Part shown: positions 15,186 through 29,790 of the stretch, piece after piece
How positions within the stretch are numbered: position 1 is the first letter of the stretch
Layout: every line of letters begins with the position of its first letter
DNA from: Nageia nagi
Taxonomy: Eukaryota; Plantae; Pinophyta
DNA: 64,000 nucleotides
Direction of reading: 5' to 3'
NCBI GenBank assembly: GCA_050084985.1
Contig: JBITNC010000001.1
Span: 189,038,001 to 189,102,000 of the forward strand
Translations under genes and position numbers: made by a program
Notes under the pieces: generated by a model
What the model saw: only the letters and a program-made list of their open reading frames with translations
Database searches by the model: none
What the model was told of the DNA's origin: nothing

Positions 15186-15934
15186 CTCCCCTTTAATGTA
15201 ATAATGGGTTAGAGAGAATAAGGAGAGAAGAAATAGAGAGTTCTCCTCCATAGAGATACAATTGGAGATGAGAACATTTACATCTTTGAGAAATAAGCAA
15301 GATATTAGATTGAAACTCACTACTTTATCATTTGATAAAATGGTTTAGAATATAATCATTAACTGCAACTAATTTCATTGTACAAAGTAGTCACTCAATA
15401 ATAAGTTGACATGATGAGCCTACATGAGCCTGCCCACTCAAACTAAGTAACTTGCACTCTTAAGAATAAACTTGCAAGCTATAAGGAGCTCATTAACAAC
15501 ATTAATTATATGCATCATATAAATATTCATATCAACATAATATAAATTAATCAATTAATGTCATCTTTAAACTAAGCAATGGTGCACTATAATTCATCAT
15601 GAAGATGCCAAGCCAATACTTATAGTTATCTACTATATAGAAAATATATGTTGATCAACATAAAAAATAGAGTATAAGCACATACAATTTCCTTACATAT
15701 GAATAATTAAATAGTTCCAAAAAGCACCTACTAGTTCCTCACATATGGATAACTAAAATAGTGTTAGTAGAAGCCATTATATGCTCAAAAAATGTACAAC
15801 TAGTTCTTCACATGGAGCAAACTAACCATGAAGGTGTACATAAAAGGTCAACACTATATAGCCAAAAAATCCTCCTAAGGATGAAGTTGTCATCACATAA
15901 ATGAATTCAAAAAGAATTCAACCTTTAATCCCCC

Positions 15935-16103
15935 TTGAGGAAAAATTCACCAACCCAATAGATTTCTTAATCTTACTAAATTGAGCTTATGAAAGGGGCT
16001 TGATGAACAAATCAGCAAAATTTAGGACTAATGGACAATACTACAATTGTAGTATACCATCCATAAGCTTATCCTTAATAAAATGTGCTTGGATTTTAAT
16101 ATG
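15935..16103 (-). pseudogene. Ty1/copia RNase H C-terminus
   Basis: Minus translation HIKIQAHFIKDKLMDGILQL*YCPLVLNFADLFIKPLS*AQFSKIKKSIGL matches the copia HIxxxxHFIR...ADxFTKPL motif. Confidence 0.88.
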
Positions 16104-19100
16104 AATAATAAATTAAAGCACTATTTTTTTACAATTTAATATTGAATCATATATTATAAATATGAAATCATTATGAACATGATAAACGATATATCTTCAT
16201 TAGATCCATAACATTATGAAGTAAAATGAATCATACATCAAATGCAATAACTTATTATAGAAAACATACATTTTTAACAACCTTAATGAAGTAGATTCAT
16301 GCACACAAATTGAATTATGTAGAATTAGATGAAAAGTATTGTAGATCAAACTTCAAACATGATGAGATACCATGCATAACAAACATTGTTAACAACCTTA
16401 ATGAAGTAGACCCATGCACATGAATTGAAGTATGTAGAACAAGATGAAGGATGTAGCAAATCTATGAATGGGTGGTGTTACAAAACACCTTTGTTAATAG
16501 CATAGAATGATATTGCATGTTCTAATATTTTTCTCTAGCTATCCATGCATCCCTTTAAGAGATTATGTTGCCTTTGATATTATTTTATAGCAATGTTTTG
16601 ATCCTCTTTGATTCTTGGGATCATTGCATATTACATTATTTTTACTGTATTTGTTGGTATTTGATACCTCTTACATTATACAATGGTCCATTACATTGAG
16701 TACTTTTCCTTGGGTATATTTAATCCTTTTGTATAATAAATATTCCTTTGCACTATAAAATGAATTGTTTAATATGAGAAAATTCATTTTTTGGCATCTA
16801 CATTTTTCCCTTCTTTAGAGGTGTGATTAAAGAAATGAGATTACATATCTAAAGTAGAAGTATAGAAGAAATTTTTGAAATATTTGAACTCTTTATCTAG
16901 CACTAACATTTTATGATGAGGGTCCTTTGCTTCCCTCTTTGGAATTGGTTTCCCCTAAAAATCTCCTTGAGTGGTGTAGCTAAGACAAAACTTGAAGAAC
17001 TGCATCCTTTTTCCCCTTGAGATATTTCTAACATGGAAGGAACTTCACTCCTTCATCTTAGCTACTAAGTAGTCTTATGGTCCCATGTCCAATATTAAAA
17101 ATAGAGGAGGTTCTTTTGCCTCTTACACTATTCAACCATGAATCTGATAATTCCTTCATCTTTGATACTCAAGCATCTGATGCTCTTACATTCATACCTT
17201 GATACAAAAGAAGTTGCTTAATTTCAACTCTCAATTATTTGATATGAACATTATTGATAGCATGTAAATAGTGGAATACCATTAACAATATGAATTCAAA
17301 TTCATTTTCTATTCTTATTTTGATGTACGTACCTGTAAAAAGTGTTATACATACCTTGCATGAAAATATTTTGGATACATAATGAGTTGCATCATCTATT
17401 GATGATGAGTCAATGTCAGTAATCTACTTATGGTTGCATCATAAATTTACTTTATAGTGAGTGAACTCTCACTAATTTTATTGATGGCCATCGATGATTT
17501 AGCATTTTTATGTTTATGCTATGCAGACATTATACTATCTTGATTTTTTTCTTTTTCCTTTTTTTTTTTTGTTTGTGTTTTCTTTTTATATGTTGTTAAC
17601 AATGTACAAAAAGTAATTCATGATGTTGATAATGTTCTTCATCTACATACTTATCTAAAAATTCTTCATGCCTCACTATACTATCATTCTTAGGGAATTC
17701 TACTATCAAACTTGCAATTTCCTATCCTTTTATGGACTTTTTAAAATTGATATCAAATATTTGTAGTAATATTGACCCCAAGGAAAATAATGTAGCTGAT
17801 ATGGAGAAATGTACTTCTTTTCTAAAATCCATTAGAACTAAACTAGACTATATCTTGAAAAATCTTTCATGAGAGAAAATTCATCATATCAACATTTAGC
17901 AATATACAATCAACTCTTATCCTTATAATAGATGTAGTAACTAGTAATCCATTAAAACCTAAAATCACATTTGCTTCCTCATCTTCTTGAAACACTTCAT
18001 TAACATTTATTTTCTATCCAAAGTTTTTGTACTCACTAAGGATATAATCTACCTTCATAATTTCATTTGACTTAAAAAATTATGAATATTCCCCCATGTG
18101 TTATAAGATAGTATCCATAAATTCTCATCAAACTTAATAGGTTTAGTATCATCAAATCATAAATCCTTATCACTGTCATTGTATTTATGCATAAAAGGAT
18201 ATGAAAAGGAATTACATATTGTGTTCTTCATTTTATCCTTCATTGAGGTAATTTGGTTGGGAGATAATGTTGCTGCAAAGTAAGAACCACTATATTCCAT
18301 ACTAGTTTCATGTTGTTGACAACATATAGACATCATTGCATACTATTGATAGCCTTTAATACTAACTATTTGCAATTGCCCAAAGTCTTTTACAGATATC
18401 AATGGATCAAAGTTCTCAATTTTGTATATTCCCTCTCTATAATCTCTAGATCTAAAGCATTCAAACTGATCTCATATTTTCCTTATGGAATGAGGTCAAA
18501 AATTGCTTCCCCTAAAGCCTTACAAAAATTTGTAGAATGATCTCTTCTTTAATTATAAGCATAATAATCATCAAAATATCTCATTTATACACTATAATCT
18601 TCATATTTCCTATCTATTATCTATAACAATCCCTTCTTCATCAAATCCATCAAAATAAACCTTAGTGATATTGGAAATGTAAAATTTATACCTCTTGTTA
18701 TAGTTGTTACTTCCTCTTTGACATTACACTTAGGGACCTTGTAATCAAGTGGTAGGGGATAGTTTTGGATATCATATAATAAGGGTATGGTGAGTACACC
18801 ATCATAATATTCTTCTTTTTCCTAGGATCTCTTACTATTCTCAATATTGGTTAGCCTTGTATTTATTGCTAGATCTATAACTGACTATGAATTACCACTT
18901 AAACTCTACATCAAAGCCACTTGTTTGGCCAAATATTGTACCATCTTGGCCAAGTTTGTTATTGTTCCTTTTTTCATACCTTTGATGGCATAAAAATAGT
19001 CCTCACATGCCATTAATGGCTTTAAATTTTAATATAAATATTGAGAGATCTCACCGATAAGGCAAGATAAATTGAAACAGTTGGGTTCACCAAAATGTAG

Positions 19101-19817
19101 AATAAAAATTATGTGTGAATAATAAATCAAAGTACTATTTTTCAATAATATAATTTTAAAGCATATATCAAAAATATGGCATCATTACAAACATGATAAA
19201 TAAGATATCTTCATCAAATCTGCATCCTTACGAAGTAACATGAATCATATATCAAACATGGTAACTCATTATAAGAAAAACATATCGTTAATAGCCTTAA
19301 TGAAGTAGATTCATGCACATGAATTTTATTATGTAGAACAAGATGAAGAGTATTGCATATCAAAATTCAAACATGATGACATACCATGCATAAAAAATGT
19401 TGTTAACAACCTTAATGAAATAGATCCATGCACATGAATTGAAGTATGCAGAACAAGAAAAAGAATGTAACAAATCTATGAATGGGTGGTGTTATGAAAC
19501 ACCTTTGTTGGTAGGATATAATGATATTGCATGTTTTAATATTTTTTTTCTAGCTATTTTTTCATCCCTATAAGAGATTATGTTACCTTTGATATTATTT
19601 TATAGTAACATTTTGATTCTCTTTGATTCTTGGAATCATTACATATTACATTGTTTGTGGTGTCTTTCTTTATATTTGATACCTCTTACATTATACAATG
19701 GTCCATTACATTGATTAAATTCCCTTGGATATATTTAAACCCTTTTTAAAATAAATATTCCTTGACTATATAAAATGAATTATGTAATAAAAGGATATTC
19801 ATTTTTAAGCATCTACA
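16100..19817 (-). mobile_element. Short LTR retrotransposon without RT/integrase (two ~720 bp LTRs, 2.3 kb internal region), tRNA-Trp PBS
   Basis: Direct repeats ~16100-16802 and 19096-19817, both ending CATCTACA. PPT (reverse complement of tttttcccttcttt) at 16803. PBS (reverse complement of gttgggttcacca) at 19080-19092. Only faint gag/protease-like remnants inside. Confidence 0.9.
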
Positions 19818-19855
19818 TAAATCATGTTTTAAAATTAAACTTAAATTCAACCAAA

Positions 19856-20432
19856 TGTCATGATAAGGAAGTTTCTTTACTTCTTAGAGACATTTGGGTT
19901 CCCAAGATATGGGTATGGGAACTTAGACCACTAGGAATATTAATCGATAGATATGGGTAGGTTAGTTATTTTATCCTAGGATAAGGGATAGTAATTGATA
20001 AAACTACACAATATCGGGTGAGGATATATGTTGTGGTCATTTTTCAAACATAGGTTAGTGATTTGAAATAAAAATTATTCTAAGGGAAATGTACTTTACC
20101 CACAAGTGTTGTGAAATATTAATTCATATAGTTCATATGATAAGTTTTTTATTAGCACCATCTTGGGTGATATGGCCCCAAGATGAAACCAAAACCCAAA
20201 TGCTATGATCAAATTGGCTTTTTGTAGTTGACTAGTTAATGGTTAGCAATGGGGTGATCACATTTAGACATTTTATCTAGTCCATGGAGGATTAGGGATG
20301 AGAACTCCATAAATGAAGGGGTTGATCAATTCTAATAGTTGATAAACTTAACCCATTTAAGGTTTAATTGTTCATTGACACCAATTCAATTTGGATCATA
20401 TTAATGTCCCTAATGTCAAATCTGGTGTATCA
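19856..20432. mobile_element. Possible solo LTR
   Basis: TG...CA ends flanked by ccaaa/ctaaa (candidate 5 bp TSD with one C>T change). Confidence 0.3.
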
Positions 20433-21554
20433 CTAAATAATAAAAAAATTCTAAATGTTATGTGTTGGAAAGAGTGGGCTTAGCGAGGGTATGCTACATG
20501 TAGGATGCCTCTCAAAGTAATAAGTCTAGTGGGTTATAAATATTTTACTAGCATGTATGAATCTTATTCTATTTTATTGAAATAAATTATTATGTATGTA
20601 TCATTGATATTCTTAGTTGCATAACTTATCTTAAGGAAGTGGTAACCATCATCTACCCAAAAATTGAACTAGGTGTGTAGATGATATATGCTTAGTGCTT
20701 GTAGATCACACATGAATGTAAAAATATGGGTAATTTATGGAAATAATCTTCTTTTGTTGGAGCCTAAAGATGCCTCATGTTATGTTTTTATTTTAACTAT
20801 CTATATTGAATAATGAGGCTAGGATAATGTTCAAAGAGTAATGACATCGATGAAAAATATTACCTCCTATAATCCAAAGACAATGCGAGCTACTTGCTAA
20901 ATTACATTTAATATTTATTTTATTGAGTTGATATTTATATAGGTTTTTGTATAGTATTTTATATTATTAACCAACATTTAAAAAAAAATATTTAAAATAT
21001 AACTAGCATATGTTAAATGGACACACATGCAATATTTGAGCTCTCCCTACCTACCTTGTTTGTGGTTGTAGGATGCCACTTGACATAATCATAACCTAGG
21101 GTGAAAGAGATATTATCAAATGTATAAAATATGATGGCTTGACTATAATAGGAATAATAACAAGACATAAATAAATTTTGTACATTTGTATTTGTAATAA
21201 CAAGATTTAGAGAGGAACTAGAAATATTGGATGAAAAACTTTTGAGCTTCTCTAATATTTTCATAAGTATTTTTTAAAGGTATTATAGATCCTAGATGTT
21301 TATTTTTATTTATTGACTTAAGTTTTGTTAGGCTTATGAAATTTTTGGATGTATCTTTTTAACAAAATATGAACTATAGGAGATTCATCAATGGTACTCA
21401 AAAGGCAACACCAAAATGATAATATTTTAAAATATATGAGTCCTTTTGACATAAGATTTACTACATGGATTGAAAATTAGAAATTGTATATCACATTAGA
21501 GTAGTATTCATCCTAAGTACCTATAAAATTTATCACCATTCTAATTGTATTCCA

Positions 21555-22334
21555 AACCCCTTTACAAAATGGTATAAGCTTGGGTCATGCTCAAAATATA
21601 ACTACTAAGGTAGTTCATGTAGAGTTTATCAAATCCCTCTATTAGATTATAGGTTGGCTCATATCAGTAATTATTGATGTCTCTCTAAGATTCATTCATA
21701 TGATTAGTGCTATATAGCCATATGGATATCGTAAATGATGAAAAGAGCCATAACTTGAATTTAAGATTTATAAATTTTTTAAAATCATTAATATTCAATC
21801 ATAACAGAGTAAAGGTAAATTATATTAATTTCCACTAGAGAGCAATTGATTTATGGGTTAGACATCTATAGTAGGCTATTACATAGCATGTATATCTTGT
21901 ACTAGGAATGGAACATGGGATATAGGTCGCACCAAGGTCAAAACATGACCAACTCAACTAACAATTGAGATGTACATTCCCCAATAGTGGAAATATTAAT
22001 TACAAAGATGAATCAAAGTGTATATAGAAATAATAAATTATATTATATCCCCATAAGATGAAATAATCTAACTTTAGGATGTAATTGATAATGACATAAG
22101 CCATTTCTATACTAATTTATGTATTTTTAACACATGAGAAAAATGCATATTTTATATAGGACTCAATGTAGGAGTCAAAAATAAATTATAATCATATTAT
22201 TAAATAGATATTTAATATTTTGTATAGATATACATTGATAAGTTCTTCTAAAAACTACTGAATTAAATAATGTATTGCTTGGCCACTTAATAATATTATG
22301 ATATTGCATATCAGAATCTTCATATGAAAGAATA
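21555..22334. repeat. Left part of copy 1 of an old ~1.3 kb tandem duplication of copia-derived sequence
   Basis: Aligns with ~43345-43960 (e.g. attagattataggttggctcatatc vs gttagattatagtttggctcatatt) and continues at 42643 after the inserted element. Confidence 0.75.
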
Positions 22335-24239
22335 TGTAAACACCTAAAAAGGAATTTTAATTTAATTAAAATATACTTTTTAGATATTTGTAATAATTCA
22401 TTTAATTAAGTATTTAATTATCTCTTATCATCATGAAATCTTACCTACCTTTATATTTTATGATAAAAGGTCAACCTGCATCACCATAAGCCTAAGGAGG
22501 AGCCTTGGCACTCGACCTATTACCTATAAATATGGAAGGGAAATCCATGAGAATTCATGATATGATATGGAACCCTTGATAGGTGGAAAATACTAGTGTC
22601 TCATTAATCGATATTTCTTAATGCCACCTATCATAACTATATTTTGTTAATCATTGAGCTTTACATTCTTGCAATCTTTTGAACTTATTTGTACATGATA
22701 TTCTAAGCTTTAGAGGGATGATAATGATATCAAGAAAAAGGGAAAGGAATTCTAGAAAGGTAACTAGATAGCACAACTAGGATCCTAGCAATGTTTCTTT
22801 GTTGAAGTCATATTGGTGGATATGTCCTTTCAAAAAGCTTATCATGAATCTATTTTTGGTTGAATATCACCTTCATTCATCATGTTCCATAAATCTAGTT
22901 TGATAAGTCTAGGAAAATTAGGTCATTATTATCATATACTTTACTTTATTTACTAGTATTTCATGATAAATTGATTAAATTGAATGTTGTAAATAATCCT
23001 AATTATTAATAATTTGGTTATAACAATTAGTGAACCCAACTTCTTCTTGATATATCATTTTATCCTTCACTACATGCACTAAAAATCCTAGGTTTTGGAT
23101 AGGATTCATTTTTCATTTCAAATGTTTTTCATAAATGGATACACCTATTATCTTAGATTTGAAAATTCCTAAATGTCCTAACATGCAATAAAAAAATACT
23201 AGGGTACAAAAGAATTATGCTAATGCACCATGAAGATAAAGTGATAGGGTTCGATGGATATATCTTCATGATGAATATTATAGTACTTCAAAATATTGTA
23301 ACCATTCTATAGAAAAATATAATTATGAAGGAAACGATTAATCTAAGGATGAAGAACTTCCACCTAATGCACTTGAGGTACTCACCAAAATTTTACCTAG
23401 TCCCCAAGGTAAGAAGGAATTTTTACCTTTCTTTTTCCAAATCTTGAAAGAAGTTAATATTGAATTCAAACACCTTTTAGTGTCTACCCTAGAGAAAAAT
23501 CCTGAATACATCAAGAAAAAATAGATTATGCAACAAATATAACATGATATGATCTTAAATCCTTATAGGAAACCATATAGGTACTTTGAGTCCCCATACC
23601 GAGTCACTTTCTTAAACTTTTATTTATGCTTGACTCACAATTTTCATGAACCCTTAGTCCAATGAAAATCACCTCTAATTAAGCAAATAAAACCTAGCAA
23701 CTTTACTAATCCCAAAATGATTGCTTAGTTATAGGTTCATGATCCTATCCCAAATCCATAAATATTTAGGGTTAATGATGAAAAACTTGTATTATAGTAA
23801 ATTTTCTTGGCTATGATGAAGATCAATAAGATAACATTGATGACTAAGAGCTAGTTGATATCAAAAATAAAAAATACCTATTAGGCTACCTATTCTTGAT
23901 GTTTGGATGGATGAACTAGATCTAAAAATCAAATTTGGCATGAGAAGATGACCCAATTGGTCAAATGATGAATATTCTATTCTATAGAGAGAAATAAAAC
24001 TCTTAAAGCTTAATTAAAACTTCAATATAGCCTTGCTAGAAAGTAATATGGAAATGGTAAGCAATTTGATTCATACATTAGAATAAGATAAAATCCAATA
24101 TTTTGGCCATTTTTTAGGGTTAGAAAAGAATGAGAATGTAGATGCCATTGGACCATCAATACAAGTAGATTCAAATGATGCAATCTACAAAATCATGTAG
24201 CTAAAGCAATAAAAAGACTTCATACTATCTTGCATCAAT

Positions 24240-25140
24240 AAATTTGCATTTGTAGTTTCAAGAGGTAACAAGAACTGCTTTCACTATCACATTACTCAAA
24301 AGAGGTGTGATAAACAAGTAAGTTTTTACTATATTTGGTGGTCATTTTAATCCTAGAATACATTTACAAAGATATCACTTAGGGTATATTTTATTTGAAA
24401 ATGATGATGATTTATTAGCTAAATTGTTTCCTCTCAGTTTGAGAGTAGAATTGTTCTTGTGGTTTACTAATTTACCTAATGAAAGTATTACATATTTTGA
24501 TGATATGGTTAAAGTATTTCTTGAGAGGTATCACTTGTATATAACCCAAGAACCATATCCCTTAGAAATGTATACCCTAAAATAAAAATAAGCAAAACTT
24601 GTTAGATATTTCATTCAAGAATGATACAAAGTAGCTAGTATTATCCAAATACCTAACAAAGAGAAGAAAAATGTCCTTTTTAGAGCATTGTTACCTTGAT
24701 GTAGGAATGAATTTTCCAATTACCAATATATACCATATGAAGAATTGATAGAATAAAAATCCTTCAATGATCCATTAGATCACATAAAATAGAAAATGAT
24801 TCTTAATAAACCTAAGAAAATCAAAATAAAACCAGAATTTGAAACTAAAAAGATCATTAGAGTTAGTCATGATGATATTGAAGTTTGGGAACCTAGGAGA
24901 TAATGAAGGTAATATATAGAGTTTCATGAGGATATGAATTATGTCTTATATGCATTAGTTTATAGAAACTTTATCCATTATCCATCCTAAAAATAACTCC
25001 TAGAATAAAACCTTTGGGCTATTAGGTACATATTTTTTGTAACTTTCATATATGAGCTAGTCATGCCACAAAGGAATGTTACCACTTGAAAAATCTAATC
25101 CAAGATTTGCATGATGAGGAAAAGTTTTAATTTTACCATG
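24240..25140 (+). pseudogene. Retrotransposon gag relic (Tat/Ogre-type)
   Basis: DDDLLAKLFPLSLRVELFLWFTNLPNESIYIFDDMVKVFLERY (24405-24530) and FCNFHI*ASHATKECYHLKNLIQDL (~25035-25110). Confidence 0.85.
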
Positions 25141-25968
25141 ATATTTCACATGAATATTTGTAGCAACATAGAGCAAAGGTAGTGTAAGATGGACCTATAC
25201 ACCCATAAAACTAAAGGTTATAGATCTTCAACAATCCATTCTTGCAATTCAAGAAGGTAAAACTTGATGATAGTTCAAAATAGCTCCAAACCAAGGTTGT
25301 AAGTGTTCCTAAAACATAACCCCAAATACAACATCCACCAGTACTAGGTATGATTCTTGATATTGATGGTATTTGGGTTATTATATAAAGTTGGTTTTAA
25401 TTTTAATTTTTCTATTTTTCATCATGAAATGGAAAAATGAAATATTTCATAAGAAAATCCATATTCATTTTTTTTTAGTCCCAATGTTAATGTTGGATTC
25501 AAGCATTTTCACTAGGATACATTGGTAGAAAATGGTAAATATTATAAAATATTTATCATAAAATTGATGTATCTATATAAAAAAGAGTCCTTATTTGATA
25601 AAATTTGTAAAATCTAGATAACTTGCCTAGTCGGTATTACAACTAGAAGTCTAGGTATTTTAGATCATATCCCTTTATATTGGTAAAACACTAAACACCT
25701 TTTTTTTAAGTTTTAAATGATTTTAAGAATTATTTATCTTTTCATAAAATTTTCTTAGCCAATAATCATTCATTGTTGCTAGATTCTAGCATCATTCTTA
25801 AAAATGATTGTACTTCCCTTTCTCCATAACATGTTTTGTATAACATATTACATTGGTAATTTAAACATATATTTATTTCTTATTTTTTTCCAAATAGTCT
25901 ATGTTTAAAAATACATAACAAGGTCATAAAATCAAATACACAATTTATATCACCAAAACATATCATAT

Positions 25969-25989
25969 ATGTGTGTGTGTGTGTGTGTG
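25969..25989. repeat. (TG)n microsatellite
   Basis: Direct reading. Confidence 0.95.
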
Positions 25990-25999
25990 GAAACTCTGA

Positions 26000-27048
26000 T
26001 TTATAGAATGGTGATGAGTATGAGTCCTACATTGAGACCTAGATATACTCTTAGAAGCCCATACTATAGTGAAGGTCTAACCAAACTGCAAAATATGATT
26101 ATCCTTCATAAGAATCAAGCATTGAAGACTCTTTAGCTTCTATTTATGGATGACATATGAAGGGACTCCAACATATCTATCTATCTCTATAAGATCTCTA
26201 TTTGTTAATCATGAGCAGCTAGTTTCTCCTATAAGCTCAAAACCTATGCTTGTAGAGTCTCAACTTGAACCTCTAAACTTGTACCAAAATATGAACAAAG
26301 ATTTAAGTTATCCTAAAAGTCATGTAATAGGTTAATCTAGATAAATTGTATTCAAAATAGATATACTTGAGATGTAGGCTGAGGGCATGATAGCTCTAGA
26401 TGTGGAGGGTGTAGAGGGATCTATAGCTCGGGTTGGAGATGGTGGACCATCTATGTCTATAGGCTCCTCCTATTCTTATGTATCCTTCTAATCCTCATCC
26501 TCTTCCTTACCTCCTCTTCATTAGCAATGCCTAATGGAATAAGCCTCATAGTATCCCACTAACATTGATAGTCCTAAGTGTGCTGATGGTGTGGAGTTGG
26601 CACCTTGAGGCATCATTGTCAAGCTTCTTCCACTTTGCACTCTAAGAGAGCATAACTAGAACTCTAGTTAGAATGACCTGATATCTATAGTATTGGTCAT
26701 AGTTGGATAAACCTTAGGAATAGGTACATCCTATATCATACTAAACTGATGGAGTACCCTATTCGAATGATAGACATCTACGATCCACCTCTATCCTTCT
26801 ATATAATATGGATTCATGGTCCATGATAGCTTCTCACCTAAATCATCCCAGATAGATAAGTCAAAATAAGGGTCCCATGTAATGTCCTTATCATCTAATA
26901 AGTCTATAAACCCTTGACATTTCTCTACTTCCCGTGTAGTACCCATCCTTTTGGTCATCTTCCATATGAACCAATGGGGCATGTTTTCTCAAATAATTGT
27001 ATTCAAAAATATCCTTACCATGCTAATATGCTTGTAGACCCATGCTTG
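26000..27048 (-). pseudogene. Plant Mobile Domain (PMD, aminotransferase-like, MAIN/MAIL-related) relic, C-terminal part
   Basis: QAWVYKHIS...ITWDPY...VYHSNRVLHQFSMI*DVP (cf. LQxWxxE, WxPY, ExxxPxRVxRQFGxxQxIP), followed by an acidic tract and a probable coiled-coil tail. Confidence 0.85.
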
Positions 27049-28649
27049 TGATTGGAAGAAATATGAATTATCAATTAAATTAATGGTATTTTCACTAACC
27101 CCCTTCTACCAAACCTTAAGTAAGTATAGAAAGGACAAGTTAGCTCAAAGAGTGGTACTCAAAACACCCTACTTAACCTCTCGCTAGTTATGATAGTTAA
27201 CATTATACTTCTCATTATTTATCAAATCTAGGCCAATGCTTAAAGCTATTTGCAATAGAAATAACTATTTGGAGATAGTAAAAACATGATTAAATCAATG
27301 TAGAATTCAAAAGCTTGAAAATAATTAATAGAAATAAACTAGCTGCATCATTTTATCATTAAATCCTAATTATCTGATCTTCTATGAAAAGACTGAACTT
27401 AAGAGATTTCTAAATTAGTTTAATATATTAAACTTAAGAGATTTCTAAATTAGCTTAATATATTGAAGTAAATATAATGTTAAGTAAATCAATATCTTAA
27501 ATAATACTAAATGTAAATAAATCAAACATAAATAAGGATGAAATACTAAGTAGTGGGCCCTATCTCTCCAGCATTTCCTTCCTTCTAACACTATTTTTCT
27601 ATATCAAAGATCTTTTCTTTATTACTTTATGAATTTTAACAAGATGAATACATAGAAATTGATAACTATCATCCCTCTCTACCTCTTTTTTCTTCTCTTC
27701 AAGTTTTTATTCTTTAATTCTACTAACAACTATACTATAATCATGGTTGAATATCCTAGATATTTCAACCAAATGAGTACAATTTTGAACTAACTATTCT
27801 AAGGTATCATAGCTCATATCTTGGAAAATAGATCTACTAAACAAAGAAGGCCTTTCCTCAAATCTCTAATCCTATTCTTAAGCTAAGATATCTATGCTTG
27901 ACTATTGAAACCATAGAATAGCTAACTATGTTCCTAGGTGATGACATATTATCTTCAATTAGCCATGTTTGTAGTATGTGTTCCACCTAGGTACATAAAA
28001 TACTACTGACATTGACTTTTTACCACATCATATTATTGGTAGAATATTCTGGCGTATTCCACATCTTTTTTTCAACATTATTCATCTTTAAAGTCCTTTA
28101 GTATAAAAGGCTCATTCAACATATGACTTAAAAGACTTCTTTAACATTTTGCATTCCTTTAGCATTCCACTTAAAAGAATCCTTCAGCATTCCACTTAAA
28201 AGATTCCTTTAGCATTTTCCATTCCTTTAGTATGGATCAAATCCCCTTTCTTTAAAGTTATCTCAGGAGTTCCTTCAAGGGTTCTTATAACTCCTTTCAT
28301 CATTGTAAGAATCATTCTTTATTCTACCATTTATGCTCAATGAAAATACATTATATTTATAAAATAAAGACATTATTTTCCAAATTTACCAATATAAAGC
28401 ATAAGCAAAATCAAACATGCATTTCCGTATGAAAAGATAGTTATATATGAAATTATGTATATTATTACTATAATATCCATATTTATTAGACATAAACATG
28501 CATATATAAAAGGTAAAAAGGAGGCCTTAACTACATCTCATCGTTCCCCCAAACTTAAAGTTTTACTTCTCTTGAAGTAATGAAAATTTTACAAAAATAG
28601 TAAAAAACTCTATTTCCTATGGGAACATTGTACAACAACATTGAAATCA

Positions 28650-29790
28650 TAAGGTTCTATGACCTTCCTCAATCTAGCCTCATAGAATAGGTTTGGAACT
28701 TGAGAAGGTTTCTCCACTTTCCTTGCTTGGCTATAATTCTGAACTATATCATTTTTCCATTCTTCAAATGCATCTTCATCTTAATGTTCTTATTCAAAGT
28801 AATATGCAACTAGATGTAAAATAAGAGATGGTCTAAATTTCATCCCTACCCATAGTTTTCCAATAGTTATAATAGTTTTAACAATAAATTTGGCTCTTCT
28901 TTTTCTCCATCTATGATTCCAAGGTGAAACAATCTCCCTTTCCTGATGTTTGCTATTTCTCATTACATTAAAACATTTTTCATAGGCTTCCACAACTTGA
29001 GTGAATGCCACTTTCATAAACTATTCATAAAGTTGTAAGCATAAAATTTTTTCCTTCCTAAAAATATCAACAAAGTATGAGTTATGTTGTACACCTCTAG
29101 CAAGATGAGAAGCATATTGTGGAAACACATGTTCTATTCTCATCATCAGAGAATCTTTTGATTCCCTTTTGAGAGATCTCTCATACTCCACCAAAGGAAT
29201 TTGATTTTGTAAGATATAAAGAAACCCTCTAAGCTATACATATCCTACTAAAACATTTGGAATAAAATCAACACATTATGATAGAATTAAGTTATGAACA
29301 TAAAACTCATAGAGTAGGTTGATCTCCTTCTGACTATTATCTTTGACAACTTGGCTAAAATCACTAGGAGTGTTTACTTTATATACCTTACCTTCCTTAG
29401 CTCTCTATATCTACCATTCCTATAATAGATAATTTTTATAAGTGTTATAGGTAGTAAAGGGTCTCCTTACCTCTATAACTTGATCAACTAGTTGATAAAC
29501 ATTTTGTAGATTATCATGAGCTTGGAGTGCATTGTACTTTATTATTTGAAGCTCTTTGTTAGTCTTGGTAATGTCCTCCCAATATTTAATATAATTATGC
29601 ATAAAATATTTTTCATCTACTTTCATCCTCAAAAGAAACTACAAAAGCTTCCATAATTGGTTTACTATAAGGGAAAATTTTTTCCAAGAAAGGCATCTAG
29701 CCCCTTTCCTAGAAAACCTAAACTATAGCTGCATCTATCAATAGCTTGTGTATGTTTTTTGGCTCCCATTTTTGTTTCTCCCCACTCACC
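28650..29790 (-). pseudogene. Athila 3' extra (env-position) ORF relic
   Basis: Sense-strand fragments 29420-29632 and 28790-29017 lie between integrase and the PPT. Confidence 0.55.
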
